Numbered from the whole stretch's first letter, positions 1 through 12,030 are shown. The stretch: DNA of 62,749 bases, filler included, from an uncultured virus (IMG/VR IMGVR_UViG_2061766007_002204) (9 parts of one record of this genome joined end to end with filler, not necessarily neighbours in it), one strand, 5' to 3'. The notes: generated by a model not told the origin, from the letters alone. Translations and numbers: made by a program.

Positions 1-824
1 CCGCCGCAGCTCGCACCTGGCCGTATGCCAGGATGAGTCTGTTCATGTCAACGCCCAGACCGGCGGAAACGTCGGCCAGTTTCATGGTCGTGTCGAAGAG
101 CTTCTCCGTCTCGATCTGATATGCGGACAGCTGTTTCGTGTACGTCACCAACTGCTTGATCTGGAACGGAGACTCGATGGCCGCTGCCTTGATCTCTCGA
201 AACAGAGAGTNNNNNNNNNNNNNNNNNNNNNNNNNNNNNNNACCGAGGGCAACGCGCTGCATTTCGAATTCAGCCGTCGTCTCACGGATGTTTCGAATGA
301 ATCGAATACCGGCGAAGATGGCCATGTATACGGACATGTAGCTTGTGAGCATGCGGAGAATACCGCTCTGCGCGTTCAGCTTCTGGGAGAGCGTCTCAAC
401 GGACGGAATTGCCTTCTGCGCCGTCGCCTGGAGAGAGCGTCCGTACTGTTCTGACTCCGCCGTGAGCTCTCTATACTGCTGTACCAATTCCTTCGCCTTG
501 GCAGAGAGCCTGCCGTCCGGGTCGAACTTCACGCTTTTGCTCATCGAGTTCCATTTCGTGATGAGCTTCTGCATCTCCTTGCTAATGCGGTCGATGCTAC
601 CGGCGCTTGTCCTCGACGACTTGCTACCGTTCAAGATCGCGTCCAGCTTCTCTTTATATTTCTCTAACTGCGCAGTAGCAGTTTTGATCTCTTTCGCAGT
701 AGCTTTCCACTCTGCCGCGTCCTTTTCCGGATTGAGGTTCATAAGCTTTCCACGAAGAGCGGAGATCTTTGCGGTCATCTCCGACATAGTAGAGGCTTCC
801 TTGGTCAATGCAGTGTTCCCTTCT
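1..824 (-). CDS. Tape measure protein, fragment 2 (contains tape-measure domain), partial
   Basis: Open minus frame ...FREIKAAAIESPFQIKQLVTYTKQLSAYQIETEKLFDTTMKLADVSAGLGVDMNRLILAYGQVRAAA, typical tape-measure domain. Confidence 0.85.
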
Positions 825-834
825 NNNNNNNNNN

Positions 835-3001
835 GATATGTCGATGTCAGTCTTCGCGTCGAACAGCGACTGGATGAGCTTCTGGAACTCCTTCAAGGCC
901 TTGCCACGGTTCGACGTGTCGGTGATGGGCTTGCTCAAGAAATCCTGGACCGTTCCGGAGGCGCCGTATTTCTTCGCCGCCTTGAACGCCTCGTCCATCG
1001 CCTCACCGTACCACTGCGACAGTTCCTTCGCCGCCTTCCGCTGTTGATCGGCATCCAAGCCGAGAGCAAGGCCACGGGCAACTAGGTTCTCGGAGACTTT
1101 CGACATCGCGGAGTCCGAGGAGATGTACTTGCTCAAGTCGTCGTAACCCTTCTTGAAGTCCTGCATGAACTTCATGCGCTCCTGCATCTGGCTGATGAAC
1201 GGGTCCTGCTTGTACGCGTCGGACTTCTGGTGTTTCTTGAACTCACCGAAGAAATCGATCAGCGTCTGGAGGAAATTCGCCATGTTATTCTCGGCGGCTA
1301 CCTCTGCATCGGAGAACGCCTCGAGGACCTTCGTACCGGCCGCGATCTCGGCGTTGTTCAGAGCCATTTGCGCCGCAATTGAGGCGTGTTCCTTCTGCGC
1401 TTCCTCCAGGTTCTTCACCCAGTCTTCCATAGAGGTCTCAGAGTTCTTGAAATAGATCTGGGCCTTATCCATCGGAACGCCGAACTGGTCGGCTATCTGG
1501 CGGACCTTCTCCCGGACTAGGTTCACGACGCGGTCGGACGGGACCAGCTTATCATACCCCTGCTGGATGGTGCTGATGAAGGTGTTGAGCCGAGTGTTCT
1601 TTCCGCCCTCCATCGCATCCTTGACGGCCTGGTCGATAAACGAGAAATCGATCTTACCATCACCGAGTAGGGCCTTACTGATGTCGATCTCATTCTTGCT
1701 CGTCTTGCTTGCCTCTTCAAACGCCTTCTGGATGTAGTCCCAGTACACAGCAACGGTCTGCTTGACCTTCTGCTGTTTGGCCGCATAGGAAGACGGATCG
1801 CCGAATTCCGGTCCCACAAAGACGTTCGCGACGTCCTTCTCCATATCCTTTGCCATCTTTGCGAACTTGCCAAAGGTGCCGATCTGGGTCTCCATCGAGT
1901 TGTCGACGTCTCTGATGGCGCCTTCCATCTTGATGTACGAATTCGTTAGCTTATTAAGTGCCTCCTCGGCCTCGCCGAGATCGGACACGTTCTGCCAACG
2001 GCCGTTCAAGTCGCGAAAGCCACTACCGAAATCAACAACAAATCCGGTGAGGTCCTTTATAATTGACTGAAATGCCTGCCGTCTTTCGAAAGCAGTGCTT
2101 TCCATAGAGATCATGCCGGTCCGGACAGCTTCCTGGATTTCGGACATAATCGCATTGATTTGGTCNNNNNNNNNNNNNNNNNGGAGGTCCTTCGTCTTCT
2201 TCTGCTTTCTCTGAAGAGTCTTGCTGTATTCGTCCGTGATGGCGTTAACCTTTTGCTCCCGGATCTGCTCGCTGATCTTCTGCCGGATGGCGGCTGTCAA
2301 AGCATCATAGTCGCCCTTCAGCTCTTTCAATTTGTCAGACTCAAGCTCCTGCGTAGGGATTATATCGCCATATGTCCGCTTCAGCTCCGCGACGGCATCA
2401 GCCTGCTCCTTACTACCGTCTGCGGCATTAGCCGCGACGTCGGCAAGGCGCTGAAAGTTTGCGACGGACCGATTAATGCTAGTCTGCCCTTCAACTCCGA
2501 TCTTCCGGAGTTCCTTATTCAGTTTCCCGGACTCGAGAGCGATAGAAGCGAACACCGTTGCTACTACAGACAGGGCAGTGACAACGAGAGATATCCAGTT
2601 TGTCGTTGCCATGACGGCCTTCAGCTGGAGCCAAGACCTCTTGAAGAAATTCGTCTGCAGAGCAGCCCGCTCCATCAATGCCGAATAGGCTAGCAGTCGA
2701 TTGGAAGCGGCAAGTGCCGCCTTCGACCCGGTCTGCTGGGCGAACGTAGCGAGCTCAACAGAGCGCGTAAATGCGTCCTGCGCCTTCTTGGAGAGAATTA
2801 GCTCTCTCTTGAGGTTCGGAAGGAATAGCGACGCAGCCTTGAAAACCAGGAAAGATCCAGCAGAAATCTTGATCGCGTTCGCGACGTACCGCCAGTTCTG
2901 GAACAAGAACTTCGCGTCGTTGATGAGGCCGGACATAGCGCCGTGAACAGCGCTGGTGTTTCCGATCTCGTCATACATAATACTCAAGGAGTCCTTCAAG
3001 T
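835..3001 (-). CDS. Tape measure protein, fragment 3, partial
   Basis: Long helical ORF starting LKDSLSIMYDEIG, which normally follows the tape-measure domain; contains hydrophobic segments. Confidence 0.85.
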
Positions 3002-3045
3002 NNNNNNNNNNNNNNNNNNNNNNNNNNNNNNNNNNNNNNNNNNNN

Positions 3046-3057
3046 TTAATTAATTAA
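3046..3057. other. Artificial contig-join linker TTAATTAATTAA (also 21530, 22824, 25019, 40084, 43432, 44815, 61705)
   Basis: Identical 12-mer with stops in all six frames embedded in N runs, 8 copies. Confidence 0.97.
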
Positions 3058-3101
3058 NNNNNNNNNNNNNNNNNNNNNNNNNNNNNNNNNNNNNNNNNNN
3101 N

Positions 3102-3165
3102 AGATGACCAGGTCACCCTGTCCGGCGAACAGCTTTCCAGCTGCTTCAAATTTTGCGATAGGCAT
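3102..3165 (-). CDS. Probable major tail protein, N-terminus only
   Basis: ATG at 3165, MPIAKFEAAGKLFAGQGDLVI; follows tail terminator-like gene; cut by contig end. Confidence 0.5.
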
Positions 3166-3168
3166 AGG

Positions 3169-3621
3169 TTATGATCCGTTTAAATTGTTCTTTGTGTGCC
3201 AAATCAAGTTCAGCGTAGTAATAGAATACCCAGAAGTAATATTCGGTGTAGTAGGGGTTATGAATTGCGGGTGTGCGTATCTGAAGAAATAGGACTCAGT
3301 CTGGCATCTCTCTACGAGTTCGTCAAACTGGTTAAGGATCTTGGTGATGCGGTTCTTCTTCACGGTTCCGTCGTCGTTCAGCTTGCAGTAGAGGCTCACT
3401 GCGACGTATCCCTGCGCGAAGTCGACCTGCATACCGACGCCCCCGATGTCGCCATTATTCATCACAAGAAGAAAGTCGTTAGGCACCTCGTTGGTAGGCT
3501 TCTCCCAGTCGCCAAAAACGGTTACGTTCGCAGAGGTCCCGCCAGGAAGACCGACTTGGATCTTTCCGGTCAAGAACTCTTTCAGCTCGACGTCCGGGTG
3601 TATGTCTGAAGGTTTAATCAC
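3169..3621 (-). CDS. Tail terminator/completion-like protein
   Basis: Intact 150-aa ORF; position in head-tail cluster. Confidence 0.6.
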   Translation of the reverse strand: MIKPSDIHPDVELKEFLTGKIQVGLPGGTSANVTVFGDWEKPTNEVPNDFLLVMNNGDIGGVGMQVDFAQGYVAVSLYCKLNDDGTVKKNRITKILNQFDELVERCQTESYFFRYAHPQFITPTTPNITSGYSITTLNLIWHTKNNLNGS

Positions 3622-4258
3622 TTCTTCTTGGGTCTAAATATTCTGGTTCGATTTGTGGGGCTGTCTCCGATAACGTCTTGGACGCATTCTTCGATGTATG
3701 AGAAGAAATCGGCGTTCAGCACATTAAGGAATCCGGCGTGCCNNNNNNNNNNNNNNNNNNNNNNNNNNNNNNNATCTGGATCCCACGGAGGAAATAGTAT
3801 TCCGCATTGTGGGCCTCCCTCACGGCAAACTCGGCGCCGACGATATTGTCGTAACGCATCCCGGCGTCCTCGGCAGTAGCATGCTGCGGCTTCGTAGCGC
3901 TCGCTGGCATGTAGTGGATCGCAACGGTCCGGTTCTTTTCCGCTATTCTCACTGCGATACTGTCGTGCAACTNNNNNNNNNNNNNNNNNNNNNNNNNNNN
4001 NNNNNNNNNNNNNNNNNNNNNNNNNNNNNNNNNACTCTGCTGGACCACGTTGCTGAATTTTCCGGGCCTCGTGATGAGGGTGCTGTGCGGCCACTCGCTA
4101 TCCGTCTTTCGGATCCAGTCTTTGCAGCTGTCGGAGAGNNNNNNNNNNNNNNNNNNNNNNNNNNNNNNNNCGTCTCCCAGGGCCTCGCTGAACGAAGCAG
4201 CGAACTTCTTCCAGTCGGCCCGGACGGATACTCTAGGATGTGAACCGTACCTCGGCAT
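3618..4258 (-). CDS. Neck/tail completion protein (HK97 gp10-like position)
   Basis: ORF across gaps with LHDSIA motif; synteny. Confidence 0.5.
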
Positions 4259-4260
4259 GC

Positions 4261-4596
4261 CTAGTCTCCTTGTGCTTGTTTAAGCTCGATCCTCGTGATC
4301 TTCACGTTCGTCCGCCAGGGCATGTTGATGTCTCTGACAATCTTCGCAATCGACTTGATCTCGCGGCCGAACTCGGTCGTAACCACGATGGAGTCGTTGA
4401 TGCGGACCTGGACGCTCACTCCGGGAAGGAAGACCGTGGGATTTCTCGTCGTGAAGACTCTCGTGTAACTGGTACCGCCTTCCTCATAGAGGCACGGGCC
4501 TTCGTACACAGTCTCCGCGTCGACCGGGTTGTCCCACTCGTCCTTCGTCCCTCCTCTGGAGATGACGCAACTGTCACGGAAATCGATGAACTGCAT
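4261..4596 (-). CDS. Head closure/stopper-like protein
   Basis: 111 aa, DEWDNP...VYEGPC; synteny. Confidence 0.6.
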   Translation of the reverse strand: MQFIDFRDSCVISRGGTKDEWDNPVDAETVYEGPCLYEEGGTSYTRVFTTRNPTVFLPGVSVQVRINDSIVVTTEFGREIKSIAKIVRDINMPWRTNVKITRIELKQAQGD

Positions 4597-4994
4597 TATC
4601 TTCTCAAGCTACTCGCGTCATACATTTCGCTGGTGGAGTCATCCTCGTCAACGTCGAAGCCCCATTTAAGGCGGAGGGCGTCACCCATAGCCTTGAAACG
4701 GGCGCGGTCGGCCATCGTGATGGTGTATCCTCCACGGGAGGCGCGCACGTCTCCGACCTGCTCGGAATAACCACCACCAGCAAAAACCCCTAACACCGAA
4801 TAGTAGATTGTCGAAGACGCATAGTCCAGCCGCATGTGGAAATCGGTGTCCGCAAGCGTGGCCGAGTCCACAGTATCGGTGAGTTGCAGGGCCTGGAGTC
4901 CGACCTCGGTCGGGCTCAAAGCGCAACGTGCAACCACGTTGTCCTGGAGATCAAGGCCAGGAACCAAACTACGCAGGTAATCTTCGACAGTCAT
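4596..4994 (-). CDS. Head-tail adaptor-like protein
   Basis: 132 aa, immediately after capsid gene. Confidence 0.55.
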   Translation of the reverse strand: MTVEDYLRSLVPGLDLQDNVVARCALSPTEVGLQALQLTDTVDSATLADTDFHMRLDYASSTIYYSVLGVFAGGGYSEQVGDVRASRGGYTITMADRARFKAMGDALRLKWGFDVDEDDSTSEMYDASSLRR

Positions 4995-4997
4995 AAC

Positions 4998-6271
4998 TTA
5001 CTTGGTATGAAGGATAACCATGTCGCTCGGACGGGTAGGAACGGCCAGCACGGTCAGTTCGGACACCCAGTCCTGGTACTTGGTGCGAGGATCGTAGCGA
5101 TACTCGATGAGGCCGTGGCCTTCGAAGATGAGGGCGCTGATGGCGCTCGGATCCGGACGCAGCGGAACGACGTTCATACGGGTACCGACCTTTCCGGAAG
5201 GGCGGATGAGGTAGGTATTCGCGTTGAACGCGGGCATGGTGCTGATCACGAGCTTCTTCTCGCTCTTGTCCCACTTCTCGACGCCGCAGACGGTCTTGTT
5301 GAAGATCACCTCGTCAGCGTTGATCGCCTTCTTGAATGCGGCCTTGATGACGTCGTCACCAGAGGCGGCGGCAACAGCGGCGGCNNNNNNNNNNNNNNNN
5401 NNNNNNNNNNNNNNNNNNNNNNNNNNNNNNNNNNNNNNNNNNNNNNNNNNNNNNNNNNNNNNNNNNNNNNNNNNNNNNNNNNNNNNNNNNNNNNNNNNNN
5501 NNNNNNNNNNNNNNNNNNNNNNNNNNNNNNNNNNNNNNNNNNNNNNNNNNNNNNNNNNNNNNNNNNNNNNNNNNNNNNNNNNNNNNNNNNNNNNNNNNNN
5601 NNNNNNNNNNNNNNNNNNNNNNNNNNNNNNNNNNNNNNNNNNNNNNNNNNNNNNNNNNNNNNNNNNNNNNNNNNNNNNNNNNNNNNNNNNNNNNNNNNNN
5701 NNNNNNNNNNNNNNNNNNNNNNNNNNNNNNTGTTCTGGATACCGCGAGGGTTGTTCGCGTCGGTGAGGGTCACGGAGCCGGTGGACTTCATCTGGCCAAC
5801 CTGGTAGGACATCGAGCCGATGTGGGCGTCCTGGATCTCGGAGAGACCGCCGAAGAGCAGTTCAGCGAGATAGTTCTTGATGCTTTCCGCAGGGGACTGG
5901 TTGGTGAAGGTCGCGGCGACCTGGAGGTTCTGGAGGACGATCAGCTGCTTACGATAGTCGTTTTCGCCGAGCTCCCAGCGGGCCTTCTGACGAGGGATGG
6001 AACCCTCGAGGGTGTTGAAACCCTTGGTCCCGATAGGAATCGGATCAGAGTTGAGGTCCACGTAGGTGGCCATCACAGAGATCTTCTGCTCGGCCTCGAG
6101 CATCTTGTAAGTAAAGTCGATCTGGGGGATACCCCATTCCTCGAAACCGATGATGTTGAGGTTCTGATCTTCGCGGAACGAGAGAACCTGCTTGTAATAT
6201 GCCATAAAGGCATCGGCACTCTTGATGCCGTTCGACGCCATGAGGGTGTCAAGTCCAAGATACTGATTCAT
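4998..6271 (-). CDS. Major capsid protein
   Basis: ~420 codons across a gap; C-terminus ...SELTVLAVPTRPSDMVILHTK resembles capsid-E-like ends; synteny. Confidence 0.75.
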
Positions 6272-6275
6272 AGCT

Positions 6276-6850
6276 CTACTCGTTTACGAAGGTGATGTTG
6301 GTGAGGTAAGGCTTGTACACGGCCGGAACTTCGGCAATGCGGTCCGCGAGGACCTGGCCCTTGGTGACGACGGTGCCGGTGGCGCCGACATTGNNNNNNN
6401 NNNNNNNNNNNNNNCCGGTCGGCATGAGAGCAGCCTTGTTGGAGCCGTTTTCAGCGACCATCACGAGGATGTCTCCGTCGGACAGAACGCCGAGAGCGTT
6501 GGCGGTGATGGCGAAGGTGTATTCACCCTCGTGATCGCCAGAACCCACGGAGGTGGGGGCGGGAAGCTTCACGGCCTTAGCNNNNNNNNNNNNNNNNNNN
6601 NNNNNNNNNNNNNNNNNNNNNNNNNNNNNNNNNNNNNNNNNNNNNNNNNNNNNNNNNNNNNNNNNNNNNNNNNNNNNNNNNNNNNNNNNNNNNNNNNNNN
6701 TCTCGAGGACAACAGCTTCAGCACCGACCTTCGGGACGTACACCGGCGTGCCGACGGGCACGACGGAACCGACCGGATACGTGTTCAGAGTGCACCCGGC
6801 GGTGTAGAACTCGTCCACGTGAAGCCAGATCGGAATCTTCCCTGCAGGAA
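6276..6850 (-). CDS. Capsid decoration/auxiliary head protein (start in gap)
   Basis: Beta-rich ORF between scaffold and capsid, ends ...YLTNITFVNE. Confidence 0.55.
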
Positions 6851-6905
6851 NNNNNNNNNNNNNNNNNNNNNNNNNNNNNNNNNNNNNNNNNNNNNNNNNN
6901 NNNNN

Positions 6906-7620
6906 NTACTTGTTCTCTTCGGGAAGGAGACCCTTCTCACGGAGGTGCTGTGCCTGCGCGGAGAAATCGAACTCGCCCTCCTGCTGCTCCGAGGCCTCGA
7001 AAGGTTTCGTGGCGTCGGTGCCCTTGCGCTGGACGGCTTTGTTGAAATACTCCGTGGCCTTTGCGGTCAGCTCCTCTGCGGTCATGGTCCCACCCTTCGC
7101 ATCATTCAGCTCGGAAGCGCGCTCCCAGGCATCGTTGGCCTCGTCCGTGAACTTCGTTGTCCACTTGTTCCCGTAGAAGGTCTCCTTTGCGTGGGCCTTG
7201 GCCTCCTTGGCTGCATTCTGCGCCTTGTAGGCATCGAACTCGTCCTTCACAGTCTTCACGGCGGCTTCGGTCGCGTCCTTGATGAGCTTCGGAAGATCCT
7301 TGAGAGAAATCTTTCCGTCGTCACCACCTTCGTCTCCGTCGCCGTCGCCATCCTTGTCGGACTTGCTAGGATGCTTTGCCTTGTAATCCGCGAGGTCATC
7401 TTCGGCCTTCTTCTTGGCCTTCTGAATGCCGTCGATTTCTCCCTGGATTGACTTGGCGATGAGTTTGACATCGTCACCCTGTACAGCGGCGGCAATCTCA
7501 TCCTCATTGGTGACAGTCCCCTTCGAAACGATGTAGTCAGCGAGCCTGNNNNNNNNNNNNNNNNNNNNNNNNNNNNNNNNNNNNNNNNNNNNTCAGTGCT
7601 TCTTCGATTTTTTTCTTCAT
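6906..7620 (-). CDS. Capsid scaffolding-like protein
   Basis: ATG 7620 (MKKKIEEAL); charged helical protein between portal and capsid genes. Confidence 0.6.
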
Positions 7621-7652
7621 ATAATTATAAGGTTAGAATGAAATCCTTGGCG

Positions 7653-7660
7653 CAAATATA
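7653..7660 (-). promoter_or_regulatory. Bacteroidota -7 promoter element TATATTTG (head genes)
   Basis: TAnnTTTG match in an AT-rich intergenic region ~33 bp upstream of ATG 7620. Confidence 0.65.
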
Positions 7661-7712
7661 ACAAAAAAGAAAAACAGCCACAAATTTTGAAAGAAAATTT
7701 GAAACAGAACTG

Positions 7713-9212
7713 TTACTCTTGAATTGACTTGCCTGGATCGTTGTTGTCCACGTTCGGTGCGTCCGGGTTATTCTCCTCGGCCGCGCCGCTGTACTTGTGC
7801 TTCATGGCGAGCTCTTCCTCCCATTCCTTGTTGATCTGGTCGTAGTCGCCCTTATACTGCGAGCCGAGCTCGTTCAAAGCGGCCTTCCTAGACAGGACGC
7901 GGGCATAGACCTTCCGGCAGACGATCTCGGTGAGTTCCTTCTCGTTCTGCGGGATCCAGATCTCCTGCCAGACGGACGTGCGGAGCTTGTCGAACTTGTC
8001 GAGGTTGCCCTCGATCTTTCCGACGAGGCGCTTGAAGACCTTCACCAGGTGACGGATCGGCTTGTTGTAGACGATCCAGCGCTGCTGCGCCCATTCGATC
8101 TCCGGGCGGAAGAGGATCTTGATGCTCGTGGAGCTGTCGGCGCCCTGCTTGAGGATCGACGGCTCGATGATAGCCGTCTGGCTACCTCTGATGATGTTGT
8201 CGTTGAGCTGCTTGAAATGCACCTCGGCGATATTGCTGGCGTCCGGCGGCGCCGCGAATTTCACGTCGCTGTGCGCCAGGGAATCGGCCGTGCCCTTGAT
8301 GGCGATCGTCTTCGCGTTCATCTCCGTCGGCGGGAGGCTGGTCACCTTCNNNNNNNNNNNNNNNATACGCCGTGTCCTTCACTTCGTTGGCCACGTACGA
8401 GGCGGCATTCTCGTGGGCCTCGATAGAAAGCTGTACCGGGCCCCAGCTGACGTCCGGGACGCGGAAATACGTGAACTGGTTCAGATCGGAACCGACCTGG
8501 GCGTCCCTCTTCCGGATACGGACCCAGCCGTCATCGCTGACCTCACCCTTCACGGCGGCGNNNNNNNNNNNNNNNNNNNNNNNNNNNNNNNNNNNNNNNN
8601 NNCCCAGGTTTCGATGCTCTTCGTGGAGATGATGTCGCACATCTCCTTGTTGTCCTTCCAATACTGGATATAGTAGACAGGCTTCCCGTTTTCGTCCTCC
8701 TGCGGGTAGATCGTGTGGCCCTTCTCGAAAGAGTAGACCTCCCAGTCGATCTCGTCGTCGTCCGTCTGGTAGACGAGGATACCGGCGTCACCGCNNNNNN
8801 NNNNNNNNNNNNNNNNNNNNNNNNNNNNNNNNNNNNNNNNNNNNNNNNNNNNNNNNNNNNNNNNNNNNNNNNNNNNNNNNNNNNNNNNNNNNNNNCAAGG
8901 TCGAAAACGCCAGATCCGGTGAGGTGGGCAATCTTATTCCCGCAGATGAACAGCTGCCATCCGAGGGCCACGGACTCGAGGTCGTCGTAGCCGGTGATGA
9001 CGAGCTTTTCCTTCCCGTTCTCGTCCTTTTCTCCGGACGGGCCCCAGATGGGCCGCGTCGACATGTACCTAGAATTAATGGNNNNNNNNNNNNNNNNNNN
9101 NNNNNNNNNNNNNNNNNNNNNNNNNNNNNNNNNNNNNNNNNNNNNNNNNNNNNNNNNNNNNNNNNNNNNNNNNNNNNNNNNNNNNNNNNNNNNNNNNNNN
9201 NNNNNNGTTCAT
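7713..9212 (-). CDS. Portal protein
   Basis: ~500 codons across gaps between terminase and scaffold; C-terminal WIPQNEKEL...LSRKAAL like SPP1-type portals. Confidence 0.75.
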
Positions 9213-9233
9213 GACTAGAATCGCGATTATAGA

Positions 9234-10962
9234 TTATACGTATACAGCCGTGCGTCCACGGCGGTAGCTGTTGAAAAAGCCATCATAGGCGTCGTCCGGG
9301 ATCTCCTTCGGGGCCTCCTTCTTCGGCCGGGCGTCAAGCTCCCAGAACGAGCGAAGACACAGCGAGTCCATAAGGTCCGGCGAGTTCTTCTGGTGCCGGG
9401 CCTTGTATTCGTCCTTCGAGAGATAGTAGATGCGCTTGTTCTTCGTTGTGGACACGAAGAGGTCGATCTCGTCGAATAAAATGTCGCGCAGGGACCGCAT
9501 CACGCCCTTGCGCCCGTACAGGTACATGCCGTCCAGGNNNNNNNNNNNNNNNNNNNNNNNNNNNNTCTTTCCGAGGAGCTGGCTTCTGATGTTGAAATAC
9601 TGCTCGAACGTGACCTGGTTCCCGTGCTCGTCGTATTCCTGCAGGGCGGTCTTGTTGCTCGTGATAGGGTTGGCGTTGATATAGCTCTTGAGGAAGAAGC
9701 CCATGCCGGTGGCGTCGAACGCAAAGTTCTTCATCGGAACGCCATACTTGGCTAGGCACCCTTCGATCCAGGGGACGATCTGCTTCATGTCGCCCTTGTA
9801 GTGCTCGATGGCGATAAACCGGAGGCCCTTCCAGATGACCATCTGGCAGACGTCGGAGTTCGACTGGGCGCCGGAGATATCGAGCGTGGCGTACATCTCC
9901 TCGTCGTCCGTGAGAGGGTTCGACGGGAGGTTCAGTATCATCTGCTTCGTGACGGAAGACCGCTCGTTGTTGACCGGACCAAAGTAAGCGCCCTTCAGAA
10001 TGTTGCGCTGCGTTGCACCGGTTGCGTGGAGGTNNNNNNNNNNNNNNNNNNNNNNNACACGAGCTTGAGGTTGTCAGAGGCCTCGCCGGTGAACATCGTG
10101 AAGGACTTCACCATATCCTCCTCGGTCAGTCCGGCCTTCTTGTCGGCCTCGGACAGCACTATACCGGCCGCGATGGCCACCTCCTTCGCAGTGTCGCCCC
10201 AGATCATATCGTTCACGTCGTCTCCCTTGAAATACACCCACCTGGTCCTGCCGTTCATCTCCGGCTTGATGTAGTAGGTGNNNNNNNNNNNNNNNNNNNN
10301 NNNNNNNNNNNNNNNNNNNNNNNNNNNNNNNNGTGCGTGTACTCCGGGTTGAAGGACATCGTGATCTGCGGCTTCATGCCGGACGAGTCTCTGTTACGGG
10401 ACATCCAGTAGGTGAACATGCGGAACGGCATGTCGGAGCCCTCGTCGATCTGTATAATGCTGGCCTGGTTCTTCTTCGCTAGCTCCTTGAAATCGTCCCA
10501 CTCCGTCGGGTTCTCGATGTTGAAATTGCTATGGATCAGCTGGACGGCGGAGTTCCACTTCGACCAGGCGAAAGTCGGGGAGTCGCTCGAGGACACCTCG
10601 CAACCGGAGAAATTGCCGAGAAGTTCGACGGCATCCCTGTAGATTGAGGTACCCTTCTTCGAGTCGGCCAGCCTCATGGAGATGAATCGGCCGGAGAATC
10701 CGGGCTTCTCAATACCGGCCAGGAACTTCATCAGCATGCTATATGTCTTCCCCATAGTCGCGGCTCCGCACAGGAAGATAATGTTGCTTTCGCACTTGAT
10801 AAAATTCTCCTGCAGTCCCGGCTGTGGCATAAAGTCGCGCTTTTCCCGCAGGACAAAGTCGCCGACCTTATCCCAGCCCTTCTCCTTCACGGTAGGCAGT
10901 TTTCGCTCGACATGTTCGTAGAGCGGGGGCAATTTGGCGTCTTTGTTCTTTATCCGAAACAC
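9234..10962 (-). CDS. terL: Terminase large subunit
   Basis: PQPGLQ Q-motif, GAATMGKT Walker A, IQIDE Walker B, nuclease domain with TLDISG, FDATG and SPDLMD. Confidence 0.85.
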
Positions 10963-10979
10963 GATGGCGGTAGTTTTTG

Positions 10980-10987
10980 CAAAGATA
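10980..10987 (-). promoter_or_regulatory. Bacteroidota -7 promoter TATCTTTG (terminase/late operon)
   Basis: TATCTTTGC just upstream of terL start. Confidence 0.65.
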
Positions 10988-11048
10988 ATAAAAAAATGTA
11001 TCTTTGTATATCCCTTTCACTTAAATAAAACGGTTGTCAGTCTGGCAT

Positions 11049-11078
11049 AAAAAAAGAGCACCCAAATCTCGGGTGCTC
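11049..11078 (-). terminator. Intrinsic terminator after DUF3127 gene
   Basis: 8-bp stem GAGCACCC/GGGTGCTC, 7-nt loop, T7 tract on minus strand. Confidence 0.8.
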
Positions 11079-11085
11079 CCGTTTT

Positions 11086-11390
11086 CTAAATGGGTCCTTC
11101 CTGCGGACCGCCGGACTGTGGCGCCTGGTCGAGCGTGAAATCCCAGCACTCGAGGTCGCAATACCACTTCCCGTTCTGGGCCTGCCGGGTCTTGGCGTCA
11201 AACTTGAAGGTGCCGGACTGGCCGANNNNNNNNNNNNNNNNNNNNNNNNNNNNNNNNTTGCCAGGAGGATGTCCTTCGGGTACTGGCCGCTATCATAGCG
11301 GATAACGAGATAAGCCTTTTTCCAGAAGCCTCTGGAGGACGTGCCGGACTCGGAGTTCGGCTTCGCGTAAACTGTTCCTTTGATTTCCAT
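11086..11390 (-). CDS. DUF3127 family OB-fold (SSB-like) protein
   Basis: MEIKGTV...SGTSSRGFWKK...QYPKDI...NGKWYCDLECW. Confidence 0.75.
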
Positions 11391-11481
11391 ATGATAAAAA
11401 GANNNNNNNNNNNNNNNNNNNNNNNNNNNNNNNNNNNNNNNNNNNNNNCACCGCCCAACCAATTAAAGCAAAAACAATGTA

Positions 11482-12029
11482 CTATGATTGAGCTTCAAAA
11501 TCCGTGCCCTCGTCAACCCTTTCGCACTCCTCCTCGACGAATTTTCTGTATGCGCAGTCGCTACACGTCACCGGCAGGTACCGNNNNNNNNNNNNNNNNN
11601 NNNNNNNNNNNNNNNNNNNNNNTTGTTGGCGTAGTCCAGGATCGCCTTCGGGTCGTCCGCATCTTCGATGTTCTCCGACTCGGAAAGGACGTACTCGACG
11701 AGCTTCGCCAGGGCCCGTGACTTCTTCTCCTCGATCGTCGAGGAATCGACGTTCACGATCTTCTTCGGTGCCGGATGCAGCAGGTCCCCGAGAGTCGCCT
11801 CGTACGCCGCGATGTAGTCCTTAACCTCCTTCCGGGCATAGAACTGCTTCACGTAGTCGTCGATCGCGGCCTTCGCCTTCGAGTTCAGCATGTCTGGCCT
11901 GGCGAACGTGATGAAGGCCTCCTTCTTCGGGCACCCGGACAAGACGTACCACGTCAGACACATCTGCTCCGGCGCGGTCAGCGGGCTCGTAAAGTCCTTC
12001 GGTTTTATCGGTATGATGGCCTTTGCCAT
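11482..12029 (-). CDS. Hypothetical protein, candidate terminase small subunit
   Basis: Helical ORF with C-terminal CSDC; lies upstream of terL. Confidence 0.4.
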
Positions 12030-12030
12030 A

